Shown here in pieces: positions 11,763-21,176 of a stretch of DNA of 64,000 bases (position 1 is the first letter of the stretch; each line of letters starts with the position of its first letter). Made by a program: the position numbers and the translations under genes. The notes beneath the pieces were generated by a model. The model made no database searches and was not told where the DNA came from. It worked only from the letters and a program-made list of their open reading frames with translations. The DNA is taken from contig CAWEHH010000030.1 of the NCBI GenBank assembly GCA_963808765.1, positions 302,896 through 366,895 on the forward strand. The letters are read 5' to 3'. Source of the DNA: an uncultured beta proteobacterium. Lineage in GTDB: Bacteria > Pseudomonadota > Gammaproteobacteria > Burkholderiales > SG8-41.

Positions 11763-12484
11763 GCGCGTGCGAGTTCGTCCGCTCGGCGGCGTATGCGCTG
11801 GTGCAGTTCGGCGTCACGCCGCCCTATTCGATCGTCGCGCTGCTCACGTTCCCCCTTCCGCGGCAAACGCGTTATCGCATCATCACGCGCGTGGTCGCGG
11901 TTCATGGTGTGGTGTGGCGAGCGCATCTGCGGCATCCGCTATCGGGTGCTGGGCGCCGAGAACATCCCAGCGGTCCATCGGTCATCCTTGCCAATCACGA
12001 GTCGGCCTGGGAAACGATCGCGTTGCAGACTGATTTTTCCGCCGCAGGTCTGGGTGGTGAAGCGGGAGCTCCTGTGGATCCCGTTCTTCGGCTGGGGCCT
12101 CGCGATGCTTTCGCCCATCGCGATCGATCGTCGCAGGCCGGCGCGCGCGCGCTCAGACAGACGCTGGAGCAGGGCCGCGAGCGCCTGCGCGCAGGGTTTC
12201 AGCATCGTCATGTTTCCCGAAGGCACGCGCAGCGCGCCGGGCGCGACGCGGCGTTTACCAGGTCGGCGGCGCGTGGCTCGCCGCGCAAACCGGTGCGCCG
12301 GTCGTGCCGGTGGCGCACAATGCGGGGCGGTGCTGGCCGCGCAACGCGTTCCTCAAGCGTGCCGGCACGATCACGGTGAGCATCGGCCCCGTCGTGCCCT
12401 CCGCGGGGAGGAAAGCGCCGGAGCTCATGCAGCGACATGGAACAATGGATCGGCGAAGAAAAGCGACGGATACGAGGCACATGA
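11759..12484 (+). CDS. plsC: 1-acyl-sn-glycerol-3-phosphate acyltransferase (multiple apparent frameshifts)
   Basis: NHESAWET, VVKRELLWIPFFGW, FPEGTR and PVAHNAG fragments across frames. Confidence 0.85.
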
Positions 12485-13258
12485 AACGGATAACGCGGTA
12501 GTCAGCTCGAGCTGCCGCTCACCTTCCGGCAGCAGCAGGTCGTCGGCCGCGCGCATCTCGCGCTCGAAGGCACGCTCGTCAGCTACACGATCAAGCGCAG
12601 CCTGCGGCGCCGCGCGATCTCGATACTGGTCGACGAAGAGGGCGCTGCGCGTGGGCGCGCCGTGGCACGCGACGCACGGCGCGATCGAGCGGCTGCTGCA
12701 CAAGCACTCGGAGTGGGTGCTGCGCAAGCTCGAGGAATGGCAGGTGCGTCGCGCCGCGCCGCGGCGCTGGGCCGACGGCGAAGCTCTCATGCTCCTGGGT
12801 GAGCCGTTGACTCTCCGGATCGCGGAAGCGGCAGCCAGCCGACGCGGTGCACGTGCACGGCGCGGAGCTGATCGTCGGCCCTGCGCGGAGCGTCCCGCGG
12901 TCGATCGCGCACGCCGTCCACGACTGGCTGCACGAGCAGGCGCTCGCGTGTTTCGAGGAGCGGGTCGAACATTACCGGCTGCTGCTCGGCGTCGACCGTC
13001 TTCCCGCAGGTGCGACTCTCCGAGCGCCCGCACGCGCTGGGGGAGCTGCCACGTAAGCGGGCGCATCCATCTCAACTGGCGGCTCGTGCAGATGCCGCGC
13101 GCGCCTCCTCGACTACGTCGTCGCGCACGAAGTCGCGCACCTGATCGAAATGAACCATTCGCAGCGCTTCTGGCGCATGGTCGGCGCAGCTCGTGCCCGA
13201 CTATGCGGCGCGGCGCAAGGAGCTGCGCCACGAAGGCCATCGCTACCTGCTGGTATAG
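12481..13258 (+). CDS. YgjP/SprT-like (M48-annotated) metal-dependent hydrolase (apparent frameshifts)
   Basis: RTRWGSC...IHLNWRL, YVVAHEVAHLIEMNHSQRFW. Confidence 0.85.
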
Positions 13259-13265
13259 AATCGGC

Positions 13266-13446
13266 ATGCGCGTTTCTCCTCATCGTCATCGCGACCGGGC
13301 TCTTGCATGCGGCGGCTGCGGCTACAAAGGGCCGCTGTACCTGCCGAAGCCCGACAGCTGGCGCGCAGAAGCCGGCGCCGATCATGCCTGCCCCGGCGCC
13401 GCCCGAACGGCCGACACCCGCCGAAACGGCACCCGCTCCGAAGTGA
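13266..13446 (+). CDS. Small lipoprotein, YifL/LptM-like (apparent frameshift)
   Basis: GCGYKGPLYLP lipobox motif followed by a Pro-rich tail, directly before lysA. Confidence 0.75.
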
Positions 13447-14700
13447 ATCCTTACGACTATCGAGCGAGGCGAGCTGCACGTCGAAGAGGTGCCGCTTTCG
13501 CGCATCGCCGCCGAGCTCGGCACGCCGTGCTACGTCTATTCGCGCGCGGCCCTCACGGATGCCTTCACGAGCTTCGACGCCGCTTTCGCCGGCGCGATCC
13601 ACCTCGTCTGTTACGCGGTGAAGGCGAACTCCAACCTCGCGGTGCTCGACCTCTTCGCACGGCTGGGCAGCGGCTTCGACATCGTGTCGGGCGGCGAGCT
13701 GCAGCGCGTGCTCGCCGCAGGCGGCGACCCGGCGAAAGTCGTCTTTTCGGGCGTCGGCAAGTCCTCCGAAGAGATCCGCCTGGCGCTTGAAGGCCGGCAT
13801 ACTGTGCTTCAACGTCGAATCGGAAGCGAGCTCACGCGAATCGATCGCGTCGCGGGCGAGCTGGGCAAGCGCGCGCCGGTCAGCCTGCGCGTGAACCCGG
13901 ACGTCGATCGCCGGCACGCATCCTTACATCGCGACCGGTCTCAAGCAGAACAAGTTCGGCATCGCGTATACCGAGGCAGCCGCCCTTTACGCGCGGGCGG
14001 CCGCACGCTCGAACACGTGCGGATCGAGGCATCGACTGCCATATCGGCTCGCAGCTCACCGACATCGCGCCGATCGCCGAGGCGCTGCGGCAGATCGCCG
14101 AGCTCGTGGCACGGCTCGAAGCGGACGGCATCGAGCTCGCGCACATCGACGTCGGCGGCGGCCTCGGCATCCGCTACACAGGCGAGACGCCCCCCGACGT
14201 CGCGGGAGTACGCGCGGGCGGTCATGAATGCGTTTCCCGATCCACGGCACAAGCTCTCTGTTCGAGCCGGGCGCGGCTGCTCACCGGCAATGCCGGGCGT
14301 CCTCCTGACCCGCATCGAGTACCTCAAGCGAGGACGAAGACCGCAACTTCGCCATCGTCGACGCGGCCATGAACGACCTCATGAGGCCCGCCCTGTACGA
14401 TGCGTGGCACGAGGTGCTGCCGGTGCGGGAGGGCGACGCAACCGGGACCTACGACATCGTCGGTCCGGTGTGCGAGACCGGAGACTTCCTCGCGCAGGGA
14501 CGCGCTCTGCCCGCCCGGGAAGGCGATCTCCTCGCGATCATGTCGGCGGGCGCATACGGCATGAGCATGGCGTCGAACTACAACACGCCGCCCGCGCGCC
14601 GCCGAAGTGATGGTCGATGGAGACCGCATCCATCGTCGTGAGCGAGCGCGAAGAGCTGTAGCCGATCTCATCGCTCGCGAGCGGCGGCTGCCTCTCGTGA
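13443..14700 (+). CDS. lysA: Diaminopimelate decarboxylase (several apparent frameshifts)
   Basis: [51 protein letters not shown]. Confidence 0.95.
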
Positions 14701-14854
14701 GCGTGACGAGTGATGAGTGAGTAGCGAATGACGTGCATGATACGATTCGATCACGTCATCGCTTCATCATTTCTCACTCGTTCATCGCATTCGAAGTGTT
14801 GCGATCAAACACACAAATCGATATTCCATCGTCAAACAGCATTTGACAAAGGTG

Positions 14855-14884
14855 TTGCTTTTTTTTTGAGCTGTAGCATAGAAT
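14855..14884 (+). promoter_or_regulatory. Candidate sigma70 promoter for the K/A mini-gene
   Basis: TTGCTT-N18-TAGAAT in an AT-rich tract; a TTGACA also lies at 14843. Confidence 0.5.
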
Positions 14885-14929
14885 TGGCGCACCACGCGCG
14901 GTTTTTCCGAAATTTTTTTCGGGAGAACG

Positions 14930-15013
14930 ATGGAAGAGACGACTGCTAACAACGTTCGAAAAGTCGTGCGATGGGAGTGCGGAGCCAACCAGTCGCACGT
15001 GATGCATGCCTAG
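14930..15013 (+). other. Structured leader, possibly a 27-aa uORF (MEETTANNVRKVVRWECGANQSHVMHA)
   Basis: GGGAG 4 nt upstream of ATG 14930; stems ACGACT/AGTCGT and GTGCG/CGCAC. Confidence 0.35.
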
Positions 15014-15035
15014 GTTAACTTTAAAGGAGACTACA

Positions 15036-15098
15036 ATGGCAGCGAAGAAAAAAGCTAAGAAAAAAGCAGCGAAGAAAAAAGCAGCGAAGAAGAAGTAG
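15036..15098 (+). CDS. 20-aa Lys/Ala polycationic peptide MAAKKKAKKKAAKKKAAKKK (histone H1-tail-like); below the ORF-track cutoff
   Basis: RBS AAAGGAG 6 nt before ATG; only Met, Ala and Lys codons, with synonymous variation; TAG TAG double stop; downstream hairpin. Confidence 0.75.
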   Translation: MAAKKKAKKKAAKKKAAKKK

Positions 15099-15104
15099 TA
15101 GTCA

Positions 15105-15139
15105 GTAAAGCGGGGGCTGGGTAACCCCCGGCCTCCCGC
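15105..15139. terminator. GC hairpin between the convergent mini-gene and anti-sigma gene
   Basis: GCGGGGGCTGGG-taacc-CCCGGCCTCCCGC, followed by TTTA on the minus strand. Confidence 0.6.
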
Positions 15140-15222
15140 TCCCCCTCCTCCGTCTGTTGTCCCTTTCGTCCGCCAGTCGCTCGTTCAGCAGTACCTTCGC
15201 GGAAGCCGCGCCGTTCATCTTC

Positions 15223-15990
15223 TCAGGGATTGAGATGCTGGTACACCGCCGTCGCGACGCGCAGCAGATCCTCTTTCCTGATCTCGCCCGAAAGCGCATA
15301 GCCGAGGCCGCGGTCGATCCAGTAGAAGACCCGCACGTTGCCTTCCTGCGCGAAGCGGAACGCCGTCTCCTGGTTGTGCTCCCGGTTGGTCCGCACGTAC
15401 AGCGTCAGCCGCTGGCCCTGCGCATCCTGGTACATGAACTGCGCCACCGGCGCCGTCCTCGCCGGGCAGCAGCCGGCCACCGACCAGACGCGTAACCCCG
15501 CGATCGAGATGCGGGATCTTGAGCGGCGTGCCGAGGCGCTTGGAAAGCCATGCCGACGAGATGCGGCCTCCTGGTCCGCCGCCACCTCCACCGGATGCCG
15601 GACCTCCGGGCGTGTATACGGCGTGGGCGACGGCGGCCCGCTGCGCCCATGACAGGAGCGGTCGGCGCGCTTGTCGGCGCGGCTTGCAGTTCGTGCACAT
15701 GCCAGCCGGCGATGCCGCCGAGCGCGAACCAGGCGAGCGCCGCAGCGAGCCGCAGGCCACGCCGCATGGCGCAGCGTTGCCGGCTGAAGCGCGCCGGCAC
15801 CGGCTCGTCGAGCACGGAATCGAACTGCGCGCGGTCGAGCGCATCGTCGTTACGCCGGTAGGCGGCAAGCCGCGCGGCGTCCTCGGGATGCGCCGCCAGA
15901 TACGCTTCGACCTCGGCGCGCCGCTCGGGTCGGCAGCTCGCCGTCGAGCCACGCGTGCAGATCGGCTTCGGTAATCGAGTGTCTGCTCAT
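15223..15990 (-). CDS. Transmembrane anti-sigma factor, PrtR-like (apparent frameshifts)
   Basis: ITEADLHAWLDGEL; AAVAHAVYTP; WLSKRLG; GGRLLPG; QFMYQDAQGQRLTLY; FYWID..GYALSG. Confidence 0.85.
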
Positions 15991-16502
15991 TTCACGACCT
16001 TCAGGCTGGCCGCGCCGCATCGGCCTCCAGCAGCATGCCGCAGCCGTTCGCGCGCCGCGCGCGAGGCGCGACATGACCGTGCCGATCGGGATGCCAAGCG
16101 TATCGCGCCGCTTCCTCGTACGACATGTGCTCGAGCGCGACCAGCAGCAGCACCTCGCGCTGCTCGAGCCGGCAGGCGCCGCAGCGCCGTGTCGATGTCG
16201 CGCACTTCGAGCATGTCCGATCTGCGTGGCGCGCACCGGCGCTGTCGCGACATCTCGTCGTCGAGCGGCAGCGTCGTCGGCCGCCGGCGCGAGCGCACCT
16301 GGTTGACGTGAACGTTGTGCATGATCGTGAAAAGCCACGCCCGCAGATCGCTGCCGCGGCGCCACAGGTGAAGCTTCATCCAGGCGCGCTCGAGCGTGTC
16401 CTGGACGAGATCGTCCGCCGCGCTGCGCTCTCCCGTGAGTGCGCGCGCATAGCGGCGCAGCCGCGGGATGAGCTCTTCGACGCGGCTCGCGAAATCGTTC
16501 AA
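15987..16502 (-). CDS. ECF RNA polymerase sigma factor, PrtI/ECF26-like
   Basis: IPRLRRYARALT, ADDLVQDTLERAW, AWLFTIMHN, GIPIGTVMSRLAR. Confidence 0.9.
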   Translation of the reverse strand: MNDFASRVEELIPRLRRYARALTGERSAADDLVQDTLERAWMKLHLWRRGSDLRAWLFTIMHNVHVNQVRSRRRPTTLPLDDEMSRQRRCAPRRSDMLEVRDIDTALRRLPARAARGAAAGRARAHVVRGSGAIRLASRSARSCRASRAARERLRHAAGGRCGAASLKVVK

Positions 16503-16534
16503 GGCATTGGCACCATGTGGCGCACTTCCTGACC

Positions 16535-16560
16535 AACAGACACCGGCGACCCTTTATTCC
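16535..16560 (-). promoter_or_regulatory. Putative autoregulatory ECF promoter
   Basis: Minus strand GGAAT(AAA)-N18-GTT, about 35 nt upstream of the sigma start. Confidence 0.5.
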
Positions 16561-16577
16561 GGAGAACAACGTTGCTT

Positions 16578-16695
16578 TAGAATCACCCCATCATCGGTAA
16601 GCGGGGCTGCGGAGCAGCGGGCCCCGCGAACGACGCATTTCGGCGTCAGTCAGTATTTGCATCAGTATGTACCAGGCCTCGAGCAGAACGTGCGG
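16578..16695 (-). repeat. Family A repeat unit with terminal motif
   Basis: TAGAATCACCCC...CCCCGCGAACG.CGCATT.CGGCGTCAGTCAGTATT...ATGTACCAGGCCTCGAGCAGAAC, matching the reverse complement of the 42306 unit. Confidence 0.9.
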
Positions 16696-17040
16696 GGCCT
16701 CGCCGCCCTACGGACGAGGAAAACCAAGGTTTTCCTCCGTAACCTCCTTTCACGGGGGCGGCGCTTGCCTTCGGCTCGGGCCTCGCCGCCCTACGGAACA
16801 GAGGAAAACCAAGGTTTTCCTCCGTAACCTCCTTTCACGGGGGCGGCGCTTGCCTTCGGCTCGGGCCTCGCCGCCCTACAGCAACAGAGGAAAACCAAGG
16901 TTTTCCTCCGTAACCTCCTTTCACGGGGGCGGCGCTTGCCTTCGGCTCGGGCCTCGCCGCCCTACGGAACAGAGGAAAACCAAGGTTTTCCTCCGTAACC
17001 TCCTTTCCTTTGGCTGCGTGTCGGGTAGCAAGGCCGACAC
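16696..17040 (+). repeat. Family B tandem array: four 85-86 bp units plus terminal GTGTCGG..CCGACAC hairpin
   Basis: Palindrome GAGGAAAACC-AA-GGTTTTCCTC at 16716, 16801, 16887 and 16972, with near-identical sequence in between. Confidence 0.95.
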
Positions 17041-17057
17041 GGTGCTACCGCTCGGCG

Positions 17058-18495
17058 TCATATCAGAAACAGGGTAGCAAGCCCGAGGAAAATAAAAAAG
17101 CCGCCGCTGTCGGTGATGGCCGTGATCAGCACGCTCGAGCCCAGCGCGGGGTCCCGGCCGAGCTTTTCCATGAGCAGCGGAATCGAGACCCCCATTACGG
17201 CGGCGAGCAGGAGATTCAGCAGCATCGCGGCGGTCATCACCACGCCCAGCTCCCAGTTCTTGTAGATGAGGAACGCAAAAAGGCCAACGACGGTCCCCCA
17301 GATGAAGCCGTTCAGGACGCTCACCCCAATTTCCTTCATGAAGAGCTTGCGGAAGTTCTCGCGGGTGATCTGCCCCAGCGCGAGCGCACGAACGATCATC
17401 GTGATGGTCTGGTTGCCCGAGTTGCCCCCGATGCCCGCGACGATCGGCATCAGCGCGGCGAGCGCAACGAGCTGAGCGATCGAGTGCTCGAAGAGCCCGA
17501 TCACGCGCGAGGCGATGAAGGCGGTGACGAGATTCACGGCGAGCCACAGTCCAACGGTTCCGCACGCTTTTCCATACCGAGGCAAAGAGATCCTCGTCCT
17601 CCCGCAAGCCCCCGGCGGACAGCATGTCGAAATCCTGCGACGCGCGGATATAGTCGACGACCGCGTTCACCGTCACGCGGCCCACCAGCCGCCCATCGTC
17701 ATCCACCACGGGAGCGGACACGAGGTCGTAGCGTTCGAAGGCCGTGGAGGCTTCCTGAGCGTCCTCCCATGGATTGAACTGGGCGAACTCGCGGAGCATG
17801 AGCTCGCCCACGAACGCCTCCGGCGAGCTCACGAGCAGCCGATTCACGGGCAGCAGGCCTTTCAGGTGCGCGTCGCGATCCACCACGAAAAGCTGATCGG
17901 TATGGTCCGGCATATCGTCGAGCCGGCGCAGATATCGCAGCACGACCTCGACCGTGACATCCGCGCGCACCTCCACCATGTCGAAGTCCATGATCGCGCC
18001 GACCGAGTCTTCAGGGTAGGACATCGCCGAGCGGAGCTGCTCGCGCTCCTCCACCGACAGCGACTTGAAGACGTCCTGGATGACCTCCCGCGGCAAGTCC
18101 GGCGCGAGATCGGCGATCTCGTCGGTGTCGAGCTGCTCGGTCGCGGCGACGAGCTCGTCTTCGTCCATGCTCGCGATGAGCGACTCGCGCACGGCATCGG
18201 AGACTTCGAGCAGGATCTCGCCGTCGCGCTCGGCTTTCACGAGATCCCATACGACGAGCCGCTCATCCAGCGGGAGCGCTTCGAGGACGTAAGCGACATC
18301 GGCTGGATGCAGCCGATCGAGCTCGGGCTGAAGCGCTTTCAGGTTGCGCGTGCGCAGCGCGTCTTCCACGCGCTCGCGTGCTGGCGACTCGTGGCCCGCG
18401 AAGAGATCCTCCTCCAGCTTCAGACGGCGCATGAGCTCCGTCACCTGCTGCAGCAGTTGCTCTCTGGAGTGGGTTGCTTCTGCGCGCTGTTCCAT
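17058..18495 (-). CDS. mgtE: Magnesium transporter (apparent frameshift near 17550)
   Basis: LHPADVAYVLE, CBS pair, PIVAGIGGNSGNQT, DPALGSSVLITAITD. Confidence 0.95.
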
Positions 18496-18653
18496 GTGCC
18501 GCGATCGGGGGATACGGTGCCGCGCAGGCGATCGCGCGGCAGTCGTGGAGCTTTCGCTCCGGCTCGGGCGGTATTGTAGTAGGAGGCCCGCGCCGAAGTG
18601 GTACAGTTTGCGGCCTGCCATGCAACGGCCATGACCTCGCCACCACGCCCTCG

Positions 18654-21120
18654 ATGTCCGCATCTTTGAACAGGAAACTGAAGCAGGCTTACGAGCTCCT
18701 GCGTGAGGGCGCGCCCGCGCGTGCACGGTCGCTCTGCGATGACGTTCTGCGTCGCGCGCCGCGTAATGCGGAAGCGCTGTACCTGCTCGGGCTCACCCAT
18801 CTCACGGAAGGCGATGCACACCGTGCCGTGACTCCGTTCGTGCAAGTGCTTGCGGCAGCTCCGCGTCATGTCGCCGCTCTCGAATACCTCGGCCTCGCTT
18901 ATCTCATGCTGGGCCGGTTCGCCGATGCGGAGAGCGCACTGGCGAAAGTGGTCGCTTCACCGGACGCGCCACCTTCCGCCTTCATGCGGCTGGGCGCCGC
19001 GCTGATCGAGCAGGGGCGCGCGGCCGATGCCATCCCCATACTGAGGCAAGGTCTCGCTCTGGACCCGCGGGGCATCGATTGTCATCTCAATATGGGACGC
19101 GCGCTTGCCCAGAACGACGACAGTGAAGGAGCGCGCGACCACTTCGAAACAGTGCTGCGGATCGATCCTCATAACCTCGATGCGGCTTTCAATCTGGGTG
19201 TGCTCGCTTTGCAGCACGATGCGCTCGATGAAGCGGCGCGGCACTTCGAGCGCGTATTACGCGCAGAGCCGCGTTACGTGGATGCACTGGTCAATCTCGG
19301 CATCGTGCTGCAAAAGCAGTCGCGTTGGGATCTCGCGGTCAAGCATCTGAGCGAAGCGCTCTCGCTCGCGCCGGCGAACGCGGCTGCCCGCAATAACCTC
19401 GCGCTCACGCTCGCGCTGCAAGGTAAGCTCGAGGAAGCGCGCGATCAATACACCGCCGCACTGTCCGCGGCGCCGGACTATGCCGCTGCTCACGAGGGTC
19501 TCGCGTCCGTCTGCATCGCTCTCGGCCGTGTGAGCGAAGCGGTCGAGCATCTGAACGCAACGCTTCGGACGGAGCCGGACAATCGAAACGCGCTTTCAGC
19601 GCTGGCCGGCGCGCTCTTCGACAGTGGCCGGCTCGATGAAGCGCTGGAGGCCGCGCAGCGCGTCGTCGCGCTCGACCCGTCCGCCGCGGCTGCGTACGCA
19701 ACGGCAGCCAATGTTCACATCGTCCGCGGCGAGCTCGACCGCGCCATACCGATACTCGAGTCCGGTTACGAACACACACAGTCGAGCAATCTCCTTGGCA
19801 TGCTCACGTACCAGTTGCGGCACGCGTGCGAGTGGACGAAGTGGCGCGCAGCGTGGGAGAAGATGCAGCCCGAGATCGAGCGGGGCGCCGCATTGGGAAG
19901 TCCGTTCTGGCTGCTGTGCGAGCCCACGACGCCGCGGCAGCAGCTCGACTACACGCGCCGATGGGCCGAAGCGCGCTTCAACAGGGCGAGTGAGGCACCT
20001 GCTTCCGCGTCGAGGATGCGCAACGCGCGGCTTCGCGTCGGCTATCTTTCGTCCGACCTTCAGGAGCACGCAGCGGCGTACCTCATAACGGAAGTACTCG
20101 AGCTGCACGACCGCGACCGCGTCGAGCTATTCGCCTACTCCCACGGACCGGACGACGGCGGTCCCATGCGCGCGCGGCTCCGTGCCGCGTGCGAGCATTT
20201 CGTCGATATCGCATGGGAGCCCGATGACGTCGCAGCGGAGCGCATCCGCGGGGATGCGCTCGATGTGCTCGTCGATCTCAAGGGTTACACTGCCGGCGAT
20301 CGGCTGACCATCATGGCTCGCCGGCCGTGCCCGGTGCAGATCACGTGGCTCGGCTATCCCGGCACCACCGGCGCCGCTTTCATGGATTACCTGATCGCCG
20401 ACACCTTCATCATTCCTCCGGGCCGCGAGGACATCGGTCTCGGAACGCATCCTGCGTCTGCCGCACTGTTATCAGCCGAACGACCGCAAGCGCCCTCATG
20501 CAGAGGCGCTCGACCGCCGCGCATACGGCATCCCTGAAGAGGGCTTCGTCTTCTGCTGTTTCAATCAGACTTTCAAGATCGCTCCGGACGTGTTCGAGGT
20601 GTGGCTGCGGCTGTTGCGCAACGTCCCGGGAAGCGTGCTCTGGCTCGTGGACAGCAATGCGCAGGCGAAGCGCAACCTGATCGAAGCCGCACGAGCGCAG
20701 GGTGTCGCTTCCGAGCGGTTGGTGTTCGCACCCCGCCTGCCCTACGCGCAGCATCTTGCCCGCTATCGCGTCGCCGACCTCGCGCTCGACACGTTTCCCT
20801 ACACGTCGCACACGACGCTGAGCGACGCGGTGTGGTGCGGGTGTCCCACTGTCGGATTGTGTGGCGAAACTTTCGCCGCGCGCGTCTCGGGCAGCCTCCT
20901 TACGACAGCGGGGCTGCCGGACCTCGTCACGTATAGCTTTGAAGAGTACGAGGCGCTCGCGCTATGTCTTGCGACCGACCGGCACTCGCTTCAGGAAGTG
21001 CGCGCGCGGGTCACTGCCGCCCGTGATCGCTCTCCTCTCTTCGACTCTGCTGCATTCGCCCGCGACCTTGAAACGCTCTATAACGCAATTGCGCGCGGCG
21101 AGCACAAGCAAGCGGGTTGA
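18654..21120 (+). CDS. TPR-repeat O-GlcNAc transferase-like protein (GT41/SPINDLY); apparent frameshift near 20440
   Basis: Many TPRs, then LRVGYLSSDL, VDLKGYT, PVQITWLGYPGTTG..MDY, ADLALDTFPY, FAARV. Confidence 0.88.
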
Positions 21121-21124
21121 GCAT

Positions 21125-21150
21125 AAAAAAACGGGCGCCGAAGCGCCCGT
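21125..21150 (-). terminator. Intrinsic terminator of the porin gene
   Basis: ACGGGCGC-cgaa-GCGCCCGT with a T7 tail on the minus strand. Confidence 0.85.
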
Positions 21151-21176
21151 CGAGTGAAACCAGCCGAGTTATTGTT

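Noticed and set aside
15036..15098. Classical lysine attenuator leader peptide
   Set aside because: It lies downstream of lysA and the next gene is convergent, so there is no operon to attenuate.
16696..17010. CRISPR array (palindromic 22-bp repeats at regular spacing)
   Set aside because: The intervening sequences are nearly identical rather than unique spacers, the period is 85 bp, and no cas genes are in the window.
2586..17600. Pseudogenisation or programmed frameshifting of miaB, lnt, glyS, plsC, lysA, sigma/anti-sigma and mgtE
   Set aside because: Essential genes are hit, motifs are intact across frames, and indels cluster regionally. This fits long-read consensus error; short-read polishing would confirm.
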